Shown piece after piece: positions 8,665-17,023 of a DNA stretch of 50,148 bases. The notes beneath the pieces were generated by a model, which saw nothing but the letters and a program-made list of their open reading frames with translations, was not told the DNA's origin and did not search any database. A program made the translations under genes and the position numbers. The stretch is from a virus (lineage: Duplodnaviria; Caudoviricetes). How positions within the stretch are numbered: the stretch's first letter is position 1; every line of letters starts with the position of its first letter. Location: positions 1 to 50,148 of the IMG/VR virus record IMGVR_UViG_3300045954_000022, one strand, 5' to 3'.

Positions 8665-9537
8665 GTGGCCATGACAGCCACCGTCGCGCCACCTTCAGCC
8701 GAGATTCAGAGGCAGCTGGAACGTCTGACGTCCGCTCGCACCCTGACCCAGGATAACAGCGGCGAGTTTCGTGTATATCGGGATAAGTACGGCCGGGTAC
8801 TACACAGCGTAACAAATATACTCGGCGCAACAAAGGATATGAGCGGCCTGATCTCCTGGCGCATCCGCATGGGCGAAGAACGGGCCGGTCAGATCCTGGC
8901 TTTGGCATCGTCTCGCGGCACCAACAGTCACGATCGGGCCGAATACCTGCTGAAGACGGCCAGGAAGATCGCCTTCGCCGCAGCGAAGAAGCGTAACAGA
9001 CTCCGCTACCACTCCAGCGGCCTGCTGGAAGTACCTTCCGCCATAACCCGCTGGGCCCTGGGAGAGGTCTACGAGTCCATGCCGGCCGGCAAGATCTACA
9101 GCAACAGCTTCGCCGAACCACTCTGCCGGTGGATCGTCGCCAACGTCACGCAGATTTATAGCGTCGAATTCCGCGTCCGCTATATATTCGACGGCCCATC
9201 CAGGTTCGTCCGCAACATGCCATTCGACGGGTTCGCCGGCCAGGGAGACGGTCTACTCGGTATCAACGGCAGCGGCCCGATCCTCGCCGACTGGAAAACC
9301 AGTAACAGCCGGCCCGACGTGGATAAGAAGGCTGAGTGGGTCGACCAGCTGGGCGGCTACCGGCTTGGCATGCGCCGCGACGTGGACATCGAGCCCGAAG
9401 GCGGCTTGGTGGTCTGCGCTCGCCGGCTGGCTCCGGTGGAGGTGGTTGAGGTGGATCGTCCCCAGCTGCAGGTCGGCAGCCAGAACTTTCTGGACCGCTG
9501 CGATGCCTACGTGGTGGGGGACCGGGTGTGCAGCTGA
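8665..9537 (+). CDS. PD-(D/E)XK exonuclease (phage recombination/replication nuclease)
   Basis: SVTNIL, RGTNSH, AGQGDGL, ADWKTS and QLGGY motifs. Confidence 0.8.
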   Translation: MAMTATVAPPSAEIQRQLERLTSARTLTQDNSGEFRVYRDKYGRVLHSVTNILGATKDMSGLISWRIRMGEERAGQILALASSRGTNSHDRAEYLLKTARKIAFAAAKKRNRLRYHSSGLLEVPSAITRWALGEVYESMPAGKIYSNSFAEPLCRWIVANVTQIYSVEFRVRYIFDGPSRFVRNMPFDGFAGQGDGLLGINGSGPILADWKTSNSRPDVDKKAEWVDQLGGYRLGMRRDVDIEPEGGLVVCARRLAPVEVVEVDRPQLQVGSQNFLDRCDAYVVGDRVCS

Positions 9538-9989
9538 GCGACGACCGCCGCAACGAGCTGTACCTGGCGGCCCTGCAGGGAGGCTCTCCCTCGGGCCTGC
9601 TGCTGCGGCACATGGACCTGCACCAACTCACCTTCGATGAAGCGGCCGAGGACTGGGAGGCCGTGATGCAGCGGCTCCGGGTGGACGCCTCCATGACGAG
9701 CGAGATGGAGCTTGCTCGTGTCAGGGCCTGCCGGTGGCAGATCGTGAGCGAGGCGAGCCGCCGGGGGCAGTACCTCGCCGCATCCGGGACGCTCAAGGAT
9801 CTGGGTTTCGCCGCCGGAGAGCAGCAGGCATCGCTTTTGTCCGTCGTGGCTGGGGCTCCCGTGCTCAGGATCGTCGTGGAGGGCTCCCAGGGCGGCCAGG
9901 AGGGCGGTGGAACGTCCCTGAGCGGTGCGCGGGCCATCAAGGGCACTCCAGAGCCGCCGGAGGGGCCTGAGCAGGCCGCTGCCGGTTGA
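9528..9989 (+). CDS. Helical hypothetical protein, possible terminase small subunit
   Basis: HTH-like N-terminus and ASRRGQYLAASGTLKDLG helix; recalled resemblance to cyanosiphovirus TerS-like proteins, unverified. Confidence 0.4.
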   Translation: MQLSDDRRNELYLAALQGGSPSGLLLRHMDLHQLTFDEAAEDWEAVMQRLRVDASMTSEMELARVRACRWQIVSEASRRGQYLAASGTLKDLGFAAGEQQASLLSVVAGAPVLRIVVEGSQGGQEGGGTSLSGARAIKGTPEPPEGPEQAAAG

Positions 9990-10068
9990 CCGGTTCCAGC
10001 CATCGCTCCTCTGGCCAGCCCCACCCACATCATCACACTATGCGTCCAACCGCATAGCCGCCAAGCAT

Positions 10069-10096
10069 AAAAGCCCCCAGCCGGGTGGCCAGGGGC
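10069..10096 (-). terminator. Intrinsic terminator ending the early leftward block
   Basis: GCCCCT-GGCC-ACCC-GGCT-GGGGGC-TTTT. Confidence 0.7.
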
Positions 10097-10110
10097 AGTG
10101 GGGTGGAACG

Positions 10111-10425
10111 TCAGGTGCCCTGCAGGTAGTCGACGTGGGCATCCAGGTCGCGGATCAGGTGCCGGAGATTGTCCAGGTGGTGGTTCCTGGCTCTGCGGGC
10201 CTCGGGGTAGGCGTCGGGCCCTTGCGGGTAGTAGTCGCGACCGTGGCAGGTAGCTGTGGCGAGAGCGTCGAAGGCAATCTCCACAGCAGCAAGGGCGGCC
10301 GTGTACTCCCTGAGCAGGGTCTCGCGACCGGTGCCATTCAGGTGGACTACGGGGAGGGGAGGCACGGCAGGCTCTTCGGTATAGGTGTTGTCGTCGGAGC
10401 AGTAGGAGAGGTGGAGGCGGGCCAT
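10111..10425 (-). CDS. Hypothetical early protein (VHLNGT...HGRDYYPQ)
   Basis: Clean ORF with C-rich leader. Confidence 0.7.
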   Translation of the reverse strand: MARLHLSYCSDDNTYTEEPAVPPLPVVHLNGTGRETLLREYTAALAAVEIAFDALATATCHGRDYYPQGPDAYPEARRARNHHLDNLRHLIRDLDAHVDYLQGT

Positions 10426-10492
10426 GGGGTGAGCAGCAGGGTGGATAGCAGAATTCCGAATGTGAAGTGCGCGAAACGGGAGCAGGGAAGTC

Positions 10493-10657
10493 TCATCGGG
10501 GCCGGTGGGTTGTCGAGGCGGCCCGCACGATGGCGCGAACCTCCTCTCGGGTGTAGTCGCGGCCTTCGGTGGCGATCAGGAACTGGCAGGCTCCTACCAG
10601 TAGCTCTTCCCTGGTGGCAGGGTCGGCCAGCATGGCGCGGATGGGGAAGCGTTTCAC
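10493..10657 (-). CDS. Small hypothetical protein
   Basis: GTG start overlaps the upstream stop (GTGA at 10654-10657). Confidence 0.5.
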   Translation of the reverse strand: MKRFPIRAMLADPATREELLVGACQFLIATEGRDYTREEVRAIVRAASTTHRPR

Positions 10658-10875
10658 GGGGTGGTACGTGTCGCGGTGATCATGAAATGGCGGTCCCCGT
10701 GCTCGGGGATCCACCGGCAGTAGCCGTTCGCGAATTCCAGGAAGATGGCAGGTCCCCCGACCATGCATGGGACGTCAGATCGGGGGCCATCTACCACTAC
10801 AGCCTGGATTGGAGCCTTACCGATGCGGCTCTTCGCAAAGGAACTGGTGGCGAGGATGGTGTGGGTGGTGGGCAT
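10654..10875 (-). CDS. Small hypothetical protein
   Basis: ORF track; follows the hairpin element. Confidence 0.55.
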   Translation of the reverse strand: MPTTHTILATSSFAKSRIGKAPIQAVVVDGPRSDVPCMVGGPAIFLEFANGYCRWIPEHGDRHFMITATRTTP

Positions 10876-10900
10876 GGCACTGGGTTGTCGAGGGGGTAAG

Positions 10901-10935
10901 GCGATTCTCAGTAAGTGGGGCCTATTGAGAATCGC
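10901..10935. repeat. Early-region hairpin element, copy 1 (GCGATTCTCA-N15-TGAGAATCGC)
   Basis: Identical 10-bp arms and 15-nt spacer in three copies. Confidence 0.9.
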
Positions 10936-11202
10936 TCAGGCGGTGTAGATCTCGCGGGCCTTCTCCATGCCGGCCCGGAAGCCAGCGGAGCGGGCGTCTA
11001 TCAGGGCCATGTGCTGGTTGAATTTGCAGTTGTTCATAGAGGCCTGGAGCAGCATCGACGCGAGCACGTTGTCGCTCACATCAAGCTCCAGCAGGTCACC
11101 GATCGAGCAGCCCTCGACCAGATCGCTGAGGGCCAGCAGCATCATGGAGCGTATGGTCAGGCCCTGGGTCTTGGTGTACAGGGGGAGAGCGGGGAGCGTC
11201 AC
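10936..11202 (-). CDS. Hypothetical early protein
   Basis: GTG start directly after an ACACTCCACCCC leader. Confidence 0.6.
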   Translation of the reverse strand: MTLPALPLYTKTQGLTIRSMMLLALSDLVEGCSIGDLLELDVSDNVLASMLLQASMNNCKFNQHMALIDARSAGFRAGMEKAREIYTA

Positions 11203-11234
11203 GGGGTGGAGTGTCGAGTGGGTTGTTCGGCTCC

Positions 11235-11250
11235 CTGATAGTAGCACGGT
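11235..11250 (-). promoter_or_regulatory. Early promoter, extended -10 (ACCGTGCTACTATCAG)
   Basis: 16-mer identical to 12469-12484. Confidence 0.65.
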
Positions 11251-11274
11251 GTACGGCTGATATCAGGGAGTTGG

Positions 11275-11309
11275 GCGATTCTCAGTAAGGAGGCCTAGTT
11301 GAGAATCGC
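11275..11309. repeat. Early-region hairpin element, copy 2
   Basis: GCGATTCTCA-GTAAGGAGGCCTAGT-TGAGAATCGC. Confidence 0.9.
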
Positions 11310-11365
11310 CCAGGGGGCCTACCGCAACTCTCCAGTCAAGGGGAGAGTCGTGGTAGGCCGGCTAC

Positions 11366-12391
11366 TCAGCAGGCCAGCACGGCCTCACAGGCTTGGCGGG
11401 CGGCAGCCAGCTGGTCACCACGGGTGCCCTGCAGGATGCCTTCCAGCCGGCGGCGAGCGGCGGCGACAGGGTCGCGGGCCTCGCGGGCATCGGTGTGGGT
11501 GATCGCCTCGGTGACCGCGTTGAACATCCGCCAGACGGTGTTCGGCCGGTCTTCGGACTCGATCGCCGCGCCGTTGCGGTAGGCCTCCCGGATGTTCGTC
11601 ACCATGGGCAGATCGTCCAGGGTGCGGGCCCGCTGCTCGCCGGTTTCCTGGTCGCGGATCGGGGTGGCCAGCTGGGCGTGGAACGTCTGTTCCAGGATCC
11701 AGCGGGCAGCCTCGGTGCCGAGGGGGCATTCCCGCATCCGGCGGAAGGTTTCCGCCTCGGTCAGGAAGGCCTGCCGGCGCAGATCGATCCGCTTTGCCAG
11801 GGTCTCGGCGAAGTGCAGGATCCCGCGAGTGTGGGGGTGACTGACCCCTCCCCGGAAGATGCCGGCGAACTGGTTGCAGCACTGGAGCCGCTCCACGCCG
11901 AACCCAGCCCGGAAGGAGCCGACGCCGCCGTGACCGTTCTGCAGGTAGAGCGACATGGCCACGGTGTCGCCGCCGATATCGAGCTGACTCAGGGGAGCCA
12001 CCAGCAGACCGGAGCGGCCGGCGTCGAAGCCCATGGCCTGCGAGACGTCAAGACCCAGGCTCTCCAGCACGGTGGCCATGCTGCGGTGCTGCAGCAAGGT
12101 ATAACCATGGCCCACGGCCCCGAAGAAGCGGGGTGGGGTGTGCTCGGTGCCGGGGCGGACAATGGCCTTCGTCTTGGCGGCCACGTTCCAGCCGGTGGGG
12201 TCGTTGAATGCCATCGACCGGGTCTCGGCGTCGAAGGCAAGATCGGCCATAGCCAGGGCGGTGTGAGGCGCCACGGTCTCGGGGGCATCGATGCCACCGG
12301 CCTGGGCCAGCAGGGGGGTGTGTTGGAAGTCACGGGCACGGGAGACGCCGGCCACGTGGGCAGAGGAAGAGACGAGGGTAGAGAGGTTCAT
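11366..12391 (-). CDS. DUF932-family phage/plasmid protein
   Basis: VG-x-x-Y-x-x-LQH, NGHGG...RLQCCNQ, HT and TVWRMFNAVTE motifs. Confidence 0.8.
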   Translation of the reverse strand: MNLSTLVSSSAHVAGVSRARDFQHTPLLAQAGGIDAPETVAPHTALAMADLAFDAETRSMAFNDPTGWNVAAKTKAIVRPGTEHTPPRFFGAVGHGYTLLQHRSMATVLESLGLDVSQAMGFDAGRSGLLVAPLSQLDIGGDTVAMSLYLQNGHGGVGSFRAGFGVERLQCCNQFAGIFRGGVSHPHTRGILHFAETLAKRIDLRRQAFLTEAETFRRMRECPLGTEAARWILEQTFHAQLATPIRDQETGEQRARTLDDLPMVTNIREAYRNGAAIESEDRPNTVWRMFNAVTEAITHTDAREARDPVAAARRRLEGILQGTRGDQLAAARQACEAVLAC

Positions 12392-12468
12392 CAGGGTGGA
12401 GTGTTGATGGGGTGGGGGGGGGTGAGCCACCTATAGGGCCGGGGAGGCCCAGTAGGGGGGTCAGTTGT

Positions 12469-12484
12469 CTGATAGTAGCACGGT
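12469..12484 (-). promoter_or_regulatory. Early promoter, extended -10 (ACCGTGCTACTATCAG)
   Basis: 16-mer identical to 11235-11250; upstream of the DUF932 gene. Confidence 0.65.
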
Positions 12485-12672
12485 TAGCAGGCTGCCGTTA
12501 GGGCGTCGTCAATCGCTGTGCTCTGCGCTACAAGCACCTTATATCGCGCTACGGTCAGCTCCATGTAGAGGCTTTCATCGGAGGCCAGTAGGGTCCGGGC
12601 CTCGGCGATCAGCTCCAGAGCACGATCGAAGTGGGACAGGTCAGGTAGGGGGCGGCGGGGGGTGTAGGCCAT
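12484..12672 (-). CDS. Small hypothetical protein
   Basis: C-rich leader; helical 62-aa ORF. Confidence 0.55.
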   Translation of the reverse strand: MAYTPRRPLPDLSHFDRALELIAEARTLLASDESLYMELTVARYKVLVAQSTAIDDALTAAC

Positions 12673-12713
12673 GGGGCGGGGTGTCGGTGAAAAGTTGGAA
12701 AGTTGGAAAATTT

Positions 12714-13100
12714 TCAGGGGGTGGGACGTGGCCGGGAGAACCCAGGGCCGGGGTGCTGCTGTTCGGGTCCGTTGTCAGACATGCCCCAGCGGCGCAGCAT
12801 GTCAGCGGCTTTGTAGCACTTCGATGCATCACCGATCCTGCCGGTTGCCTGACAGATCTGGGCGTCATACAGCAGGGAGGAGATAATGGCTGGGGTGTCG
12901 TACCAGCCTGACGTGCCAGGGACTGGCCCATCATCAGACTCGGAAATGAGTGCCTCGGCTTTGTGTACGTCAGTGTATGCGGAGGATTGTGATATCCCGA
13001 AAGCTAGCTTTAACCGTATCACGACGGCGGGCACTGCTAGACCAGCCTCCAGAAGTTCCCGCGCCATGTCGACGCGTTCGGCAATTTTTTGTTGATTCAT
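12714..13100 (-). CDS. HTH-containing protein (TerS-like architecture)
   Basis: RV...LL-x-x-G...FGISQSSAYTDV helix-turn-helix. Confidence 0.55.
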   Translation of the reverse strand: MNQQKIAERVDMARELLEAGLAVPAVVIRLKLAFGISQSSAYTDVHKAEALISESDDGPVPGTSGWYDTPAIISSLLYDAQICQATGRIGDASKCYKAADMLRRWGMSDNGPEQQHPGPGFSRPRPTP

Positions 13101-13155
13101 GAGGTAGAATGCGGGGGAGAAGGGGCAGGGAAACCTACCCCTGGGCTTTGCTATG

Positions 13156-13377
13156 TCAAGTAGTGAGCAAGTCACTCCAGAACCGGGCCTCGCGGATGGC
13201 TGCCCGGATCCCTGACAGGGAGCCTCGGCCCATGGCGTCGGTCATATCATCCCAGATACGGGAGATAGTTTCGTCGTGGAGCTTGTACGCTAGGTGGTCG
13301 AAGTACTGATCATAGATCCTCTGGAGAATGCTTTGCTCAGCCTGCTGGCGGAGCTGGTAGGCAGAAGGGTGGGCCAT
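13156..13377 (-). CDS. Hypothetical early protein (MAHPSAYQ...)
   Basis: ATG after an ACACTCCACCCC leader. Confidence 0.6.
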   Translation of the reverse strand: MAHPSAYQLRQQAEQSILQRIYDQYFDHLAYKLHDETISRIWDDMTDAMGRGSLSGIRAAIREARFWSDLLTT

Positions 13378-13427
13378 GGGGTGGAGTGTTGATGGGGTGG
13401 GGGTGGTATGTGAACCACCTAGGGGGA

Positions 13428-14138
13428 TCACAGGGTGGCGGTAATTCTGTCGCCGGTGGCGCCATGGGCCCAGATCACGACGTTCGCGCTGCTCCCATCG
13501 CAGAGTCGGCAGACGGCGCATGTAGTCTTCAGGCCACGCTCCGCACTGGCGGCGCAGTGGACCGTGCCGGCTACCTTGTCGCTGTTTTTGGCTAGGACTA
13601 GGAACGTCGACCAGCCATAGGCGGTGGCCTCTATGTAGTCTTTCATGCCGTCACATGATGCTTGCAGTATACCTCTGGCCCATGCGGCCCAAGGTTGCCT
13701 CCACTGGTGAGTGTAGCCAGTGTGACCAGACGCCACTGCTGCCAGGGACTGCCATAGGGCGGCCGGTGCCGCTGCGGGGTCCCCGTATGAACCGAATCTG
13801 ATCACCATGCCGGCGAGCCTGGCATGGGATGTCAGCCGGCTGTACCCGCCCCGGCGGTAGCAGCGCCAAACAGCAGATGGGGCTTTCATCTGTACGTAAC
13901 ACGTACCCTGCTTGGCGGGACGGTGGGGGCATTCACCGCAGATGGATCGATCGGCGCCGCTGCGGCGAGCGTCGCCCGGATGCTCGTCCTGCCGCAGGAT
14001 CCATGTCTGCAGCATGTTACCTGTCTTGCTGTTGCCGCTGACAGAGCGAAGGCCTGTCACGATCACGACAATAGGAGCGCCGTCGATGGCAGAGGCACCC
14101 TCCCAGAGGATGGCGCCGTTGTTGTTGAGCTTAGGCAT
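13428..14138 (-). CDS. Cys-rich phage protein, possibly Fe-S/radical-SAM-like
   Basis: NSKTG, ICGECPH...CYV, RFGSYGDP, GYTHQW, ASCD and C-x2-C-x2-C motifs. Confidence 0.6.
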   Translation of the reverse strand: MPKLNNNGAILWEGASAIDGAPIVVIVTGLRSVSGNSKTGNMLQTWILRQDEHPGDARRSGADRSICGECPHRPAKQGTCYVQMKAPSAVWRCYRRGGYSRLTSHARLAGMVIRFGSYGDPAAAPAALWQSLAAVASGHTGYTHQWRQPWAAWARGILQASCDGMKDYIEATAYGWSTFLVLAKNSDKVAGTVHCAASAERGLKTTCAVCRLCDGSSANVVIWAHGATGDRITATL

Positions 14139-14171
14139 GGGAACGATGGGGGGTGGAGTGTAAAGGGGTGG

Positions 14172-14206
14172 GCGATTCTCAGTAAGGGTGCCTAGTTGAG
14201 AATCGC
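14172..14206. repeat. Early-region hairpin element, copy 3
   Basis: GCGATTCTCA-GTAAGGGTGCCTAGT-TGAGAATCGC. Confidence 0.9.
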
Positions 14207-14226
14207 CTGGGGAATGGCGTGGGTCG

Positions 14227-14418
14227 TCAGACTGCCTGTGGTGGCTGCATCATGATCACCCATGCCTGATCATAACATGGAAAACGGCTGTTATCACGCT
14301 CGGCCGCTTGCATGGCTTGCCAGACCTTGGCGTGGTGCGCAAGTAAGGCGGGCCCGTAACTAGGGGAAGGGGTGGGCATGGTGCCGGAGACCTTAGGCAT
14401 GGTGCGGGGGGCGTTCAT
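14227..14418 (-). CDS. Small hypothetical protein, first gene of the leftward early block
   Basis: ATG after an ACACTCCACCCC leader. Confidence 0.5.
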   Translation of the reverse strand: MNAPRTMPKVSGTMPTPSPSYGPALLAHHAKVWQAMQAAERDNSRFPCYDQAWVIMMQPPQAV

Positions 14419-14576
14419 GGAATGGTGCGGGGTGGAGTGTGGGTCCCGATCGGCTCGCTTGCGCTCCCCGATCGACTCATTCACCCTGGGCCCCAGGGCG
14501 GCCAGGCGTCAATGAGAATTCCCTGAGAGTATACCGAGAGAACCCTTAGAATACAATGAGGGGTTTTAAGGTGAGT

Positions 14577-14660
14577 ATCCCTTATACTATAAGCGATGCT
14601 GATGATATATGTTGCGAAGTACTACATATCACAATCCCTTATACTATAAGCGATACTGAT
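14577..14660. repeat. Two 27-bp direct repeats ATCCCTTATACTATAAGCGATRCTGAT in the AT-rich divergent junction
   Basis: 14577-14603 and 14634-14660, one mismatch; internal CTTATA-C-TATAAG palindrome. Confidence 0.9.
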
Positions 14661-14903
14661 ATAACGGGGTCATGATATGGGGGTATGCGTCGAGGCGCAT
14701 AGGCGTCGGGGGCGCGCCATGGTACTTACACAGATATCCTACAACAGGGGGGTAGGCCCAAACGGTCGGGGGTGGGACGTTGGCCGATCCCCCACCACGC
14801 GCTCAGTACTATCGAATATCATACCCGCCCTGGGGGCCTGCCAGTAGTATCGGGTATCATACCGGCCCTAGGGCGGTAGGGTGGGTGGAGCTGCCCCCGC
14901 AAG

Positions 14904-16361
14904 GTGTCGCAAAACGTAATGTCCCCTGGGGGCGAACAGCCAGGGGGTGGGACGTCAGCAGGTCCACCTTCCGCCGGGCTCGGGGGTGCGTCTCCTGAGG
15001 TCACGATCACCCTGCGAGAGGCCCAGGGCCAGGTCTTCAACGACCCAGCGCGATTTCGGATCCTTGTAGCAGGCCGCCGCTTCGGCAAGACCTACTACGC
15101 CTGCGTGGAGCTATCTGTCCGCGCTGCATCCACTCCGGGCACCTACTGGTATATGGCGCCCACCTACTCGCAGGCGAAGGATCTGGCATGGTCCCTGCTG
15201 AAGAAGGTGATCCCGGCCGCCTGGGTGGCCAAGAAGAACGAGAGCGATCTGCGGCTAGAGTTATATAACGGTAGCGTTATTGAATTGAAGGGCTCGGAGA
15301 ACGCGGACAGCCTCCGGGGCCGATCGCTCACCGGGGTGGTGCTGGACGAGGCGGCGGTGATGAAACGCCATGTCTGGTTCGAGGTGGTTCGTCCCTCACT
15401 GGCCGATCAGCAGGGGTGGGCCCTGTTCATCACCACGCCGAAGGGGACCAGCAGCTGGTTCTACGAGATCTACCTGGCGGCGGGTGGCCGGTTCGACCTG
15501 GTCGACTCCGAGGAGCTCGGGTTCAGCGGTGGATCGTCCTCTGGTGACGAGGGGCAGGCCCTGGGTGCGGCCGACGACTGGAGCGTCTTCACCTTCACCA
15601 CGCTGCAGGGCGGGAACGTTCCACCGGAGGAGGTGGAGGCCGCCCGCCGCGAGCTGGACGCCCGGACCTTCCGCCAGGAGTTCGAGGCCAGCTTCGAGGC
15701 CCTGGCGGGTATCATATGCGTATCGTTCAGCAACGAGAATATCAGCACGGCGGTATGCGATGACATCAGATTGCCGCTCTGGGTGGGCGTCGACTTCAAC
15801 GTAGACCCCCTTGCGGCTGTATTTGCGGTTAAAAAGACGATTACACACGAGGAAGTGGACGAGTGGGGCGTCCCACATCACACGAAAATCGAGGTTTTGC
15901 ACGTTTTCAATGAATTGGCCCTCCACGGGGGCGCTACAACGTGGGATATGGCCGAAGCTATCTATGAAATGTTCGGATATGTGCGAAAAATCGAGATTAT
16001 GCCCGATCCGACCGGAAAACGGCTCCAAACGAGCGGAATTGGTATCTCAGACCACCGGATATTCCGAAAATGCGGTCTGAAAGTGGTTGCGCCGACCCGT
16101 CCATGGGTCACGAAGGACAAGATCAACGCCCTGAACAGTGGTTTTCAGACCGGTGATGGGACGCGCCACGTCTTTATCCACCCCCGTTGCCGCCGACTGA
16201 TCAACGGATTACGCTCCTGGACGTATGAGGACGGCAAAAACACTGTTGATAAGAAGCTCGGCAACGATCACTTCCCTGATGCGCTTGGCTACCTACTGCT
16301 CGCCAAGTTCAACCTCCCCGCCCGCTCCCTCGCGCCGGCCGAACCCTACCGCGTCTGGTGA
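14904..16361 (+). CDS. terL: Terminase large subunit
   Basis: AGRRFGKT, LRG...VVLDEAA, FITTPKG, FRQEF, GVDFN and DHFPDALGY motifs; exact start uncertain. Confidence 0.95.
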   Translation: MSQNVMSPGGEQPGGGTSAGPPSAGLGGASPEVTITLREAQGQVFNDPARFRILVAGRRFGKTYYACVELSVRAASTPGTYWYMAPTYSQAKDLAWSLLKKVIPAAWVAKKNESDLRLELYNGSVIELKGSENADSLRGRSLTGVVLDEAAVMKRHVWFEVVRPSLADQQGWALFITTPKGTSSWFYEIYLAAGGRFDLVDSEELGFSGGSSSGDEGQALGAADDWSVFTFTTLQGGNVPPEEVEAARRELDARTFRQEFEASFEALAGIICVSFSNENISTAVCDDIRLPLWVGVDFNVDPLAAVFAVKKTITHEEVDEWGVPHHTKIEVLHVFNELALHGGATTWDMAEAIYEMFGYVRKIEIMPDPTGKRLQTSGIGISDHRIFRKCGLKVVAPTRPWVTKDKINALNSGFQTGDGTRHVFIHPRCRRLINGLRSWTYEDGKNTVDKKLGNDHFPDALGYLLLAKFNLPARSLAPAEPYRVW

Positions 16362-16362
16362 G

Positions 16363-16418
16363 GCGGGGTATGATACCCTGATTACAGGCTTTTCTACCAG
16401 CAGGGTATCATACCCCGC
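16363..16418. terminator. 18-bp perfect inverted repeat between convergent genes (hairpin or operator pair)
   Basis: GCGGGGTATGATACCCTG-N20-CAGGGTATCATACCCCGC. Confidence 0.6.
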
Positions 16419-16643
16419 TTAGCGGCCGCGCCAGGTGCCGGCGTAGACGCCAGGGAAGAGTTCCCGGTAGGGCAGCAGGCGCCACCGCTTGAAGCGCAGG
16501 TAGTGGATCGAGGCCTCGATGAGGGCGACTACTAGGTACATGCCGAGCACTACCAGGCCGACAACGACGAATACGGGGGCGAAAACGAACACCAGGCCGG
16601 CTATGACAGCCAGAATGATGAACGCAGCTTGAAAAACGAACAT
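16419..16643 (-). CDS. Small membrane protein (about 2 TM helices, basic C-terminal tail)
   Basis: About 40 hydrophobic residues followed by RFKRWR. Confidence 0.7.
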   Translation of the reverse strand: MFVFQAAFIILAVIAGLVFVFAPVFVVVGLVVLGMYLVVALIEASIHYLRFKRWRLLPYRELFPGVYAGTWRGR

Positions 16644-16664
16644 GGGGATTGGGGTGGAACGTCA

Positions 16665-17000
16665 CTAGGGAACTATACCAGGGATCTCAGGCTGTACCAC
16701 GCATAGCTCGTAGGATATGTAACGCACCATATAGCCTTCATGGGCACTGCCTGTATGTGCTTCACGTTCCACCTGCCTCACCAGGCCGCGCAGAATCAGG
16801 GTCTTGAGGCGCGAGTAGATGGCGGCTTTGCGGCGGCGAGTCTCAGGAGACCCGTCGTACATGCCCTGTTCGGGCACTGAGGCGTCCCCGAAGGCCGGCA
16901 GCATATTATACTCCAGTATCATCAGCATGGGTACAGTAACTGTGCCGTACTCCTTGAAGTGATCCAAGTAACGGAGTTGATCTTCGGTCAGGGGGCGCAT
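16665..17000 (-). CDS. Probable winged-HTH DNA-binding protein
   Basis: AAIYSRLKTLILRGLVRQVE...YEL recognition helix plus wing. Confidence 0.6.
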   Translation of the reverse strand: MRPLTEDQLRYLDHFKEYGTVTVPMLMILEYNMLPAFGDASVPEQGMYDGSPETRRRKAAIYSRLKTLILRGLVRQVEREAHTGSAHEGYMVRYISYELCVVQPEIPGIVP

Positions 17001-17023
17001 TGTCTGGGGGAGCGTGATTACCT

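Noticed and set aside
8665-9537. Exonuclease as Cas4
   Set aside because: It lacks the four-Cys Fe-S pattern and sits in a replication context.
12405-12730. G-runs as functional G-quadruplexes
   Set aside because: They are mostly the complements of the C-rich leaders of minus-strand genes, with no independent support.
10901-14206. 35-bp palindromic repeats as a CRISPR array
   Set aside because: The copies are 0.37 and 2.9 kb apart with genes between them, and there are no cas genes.
15480-15900. Insertions in terL as an intein or intron
   Set aside because: They are short in-frame loops with no intein terminal motifs or endonuclease domain.
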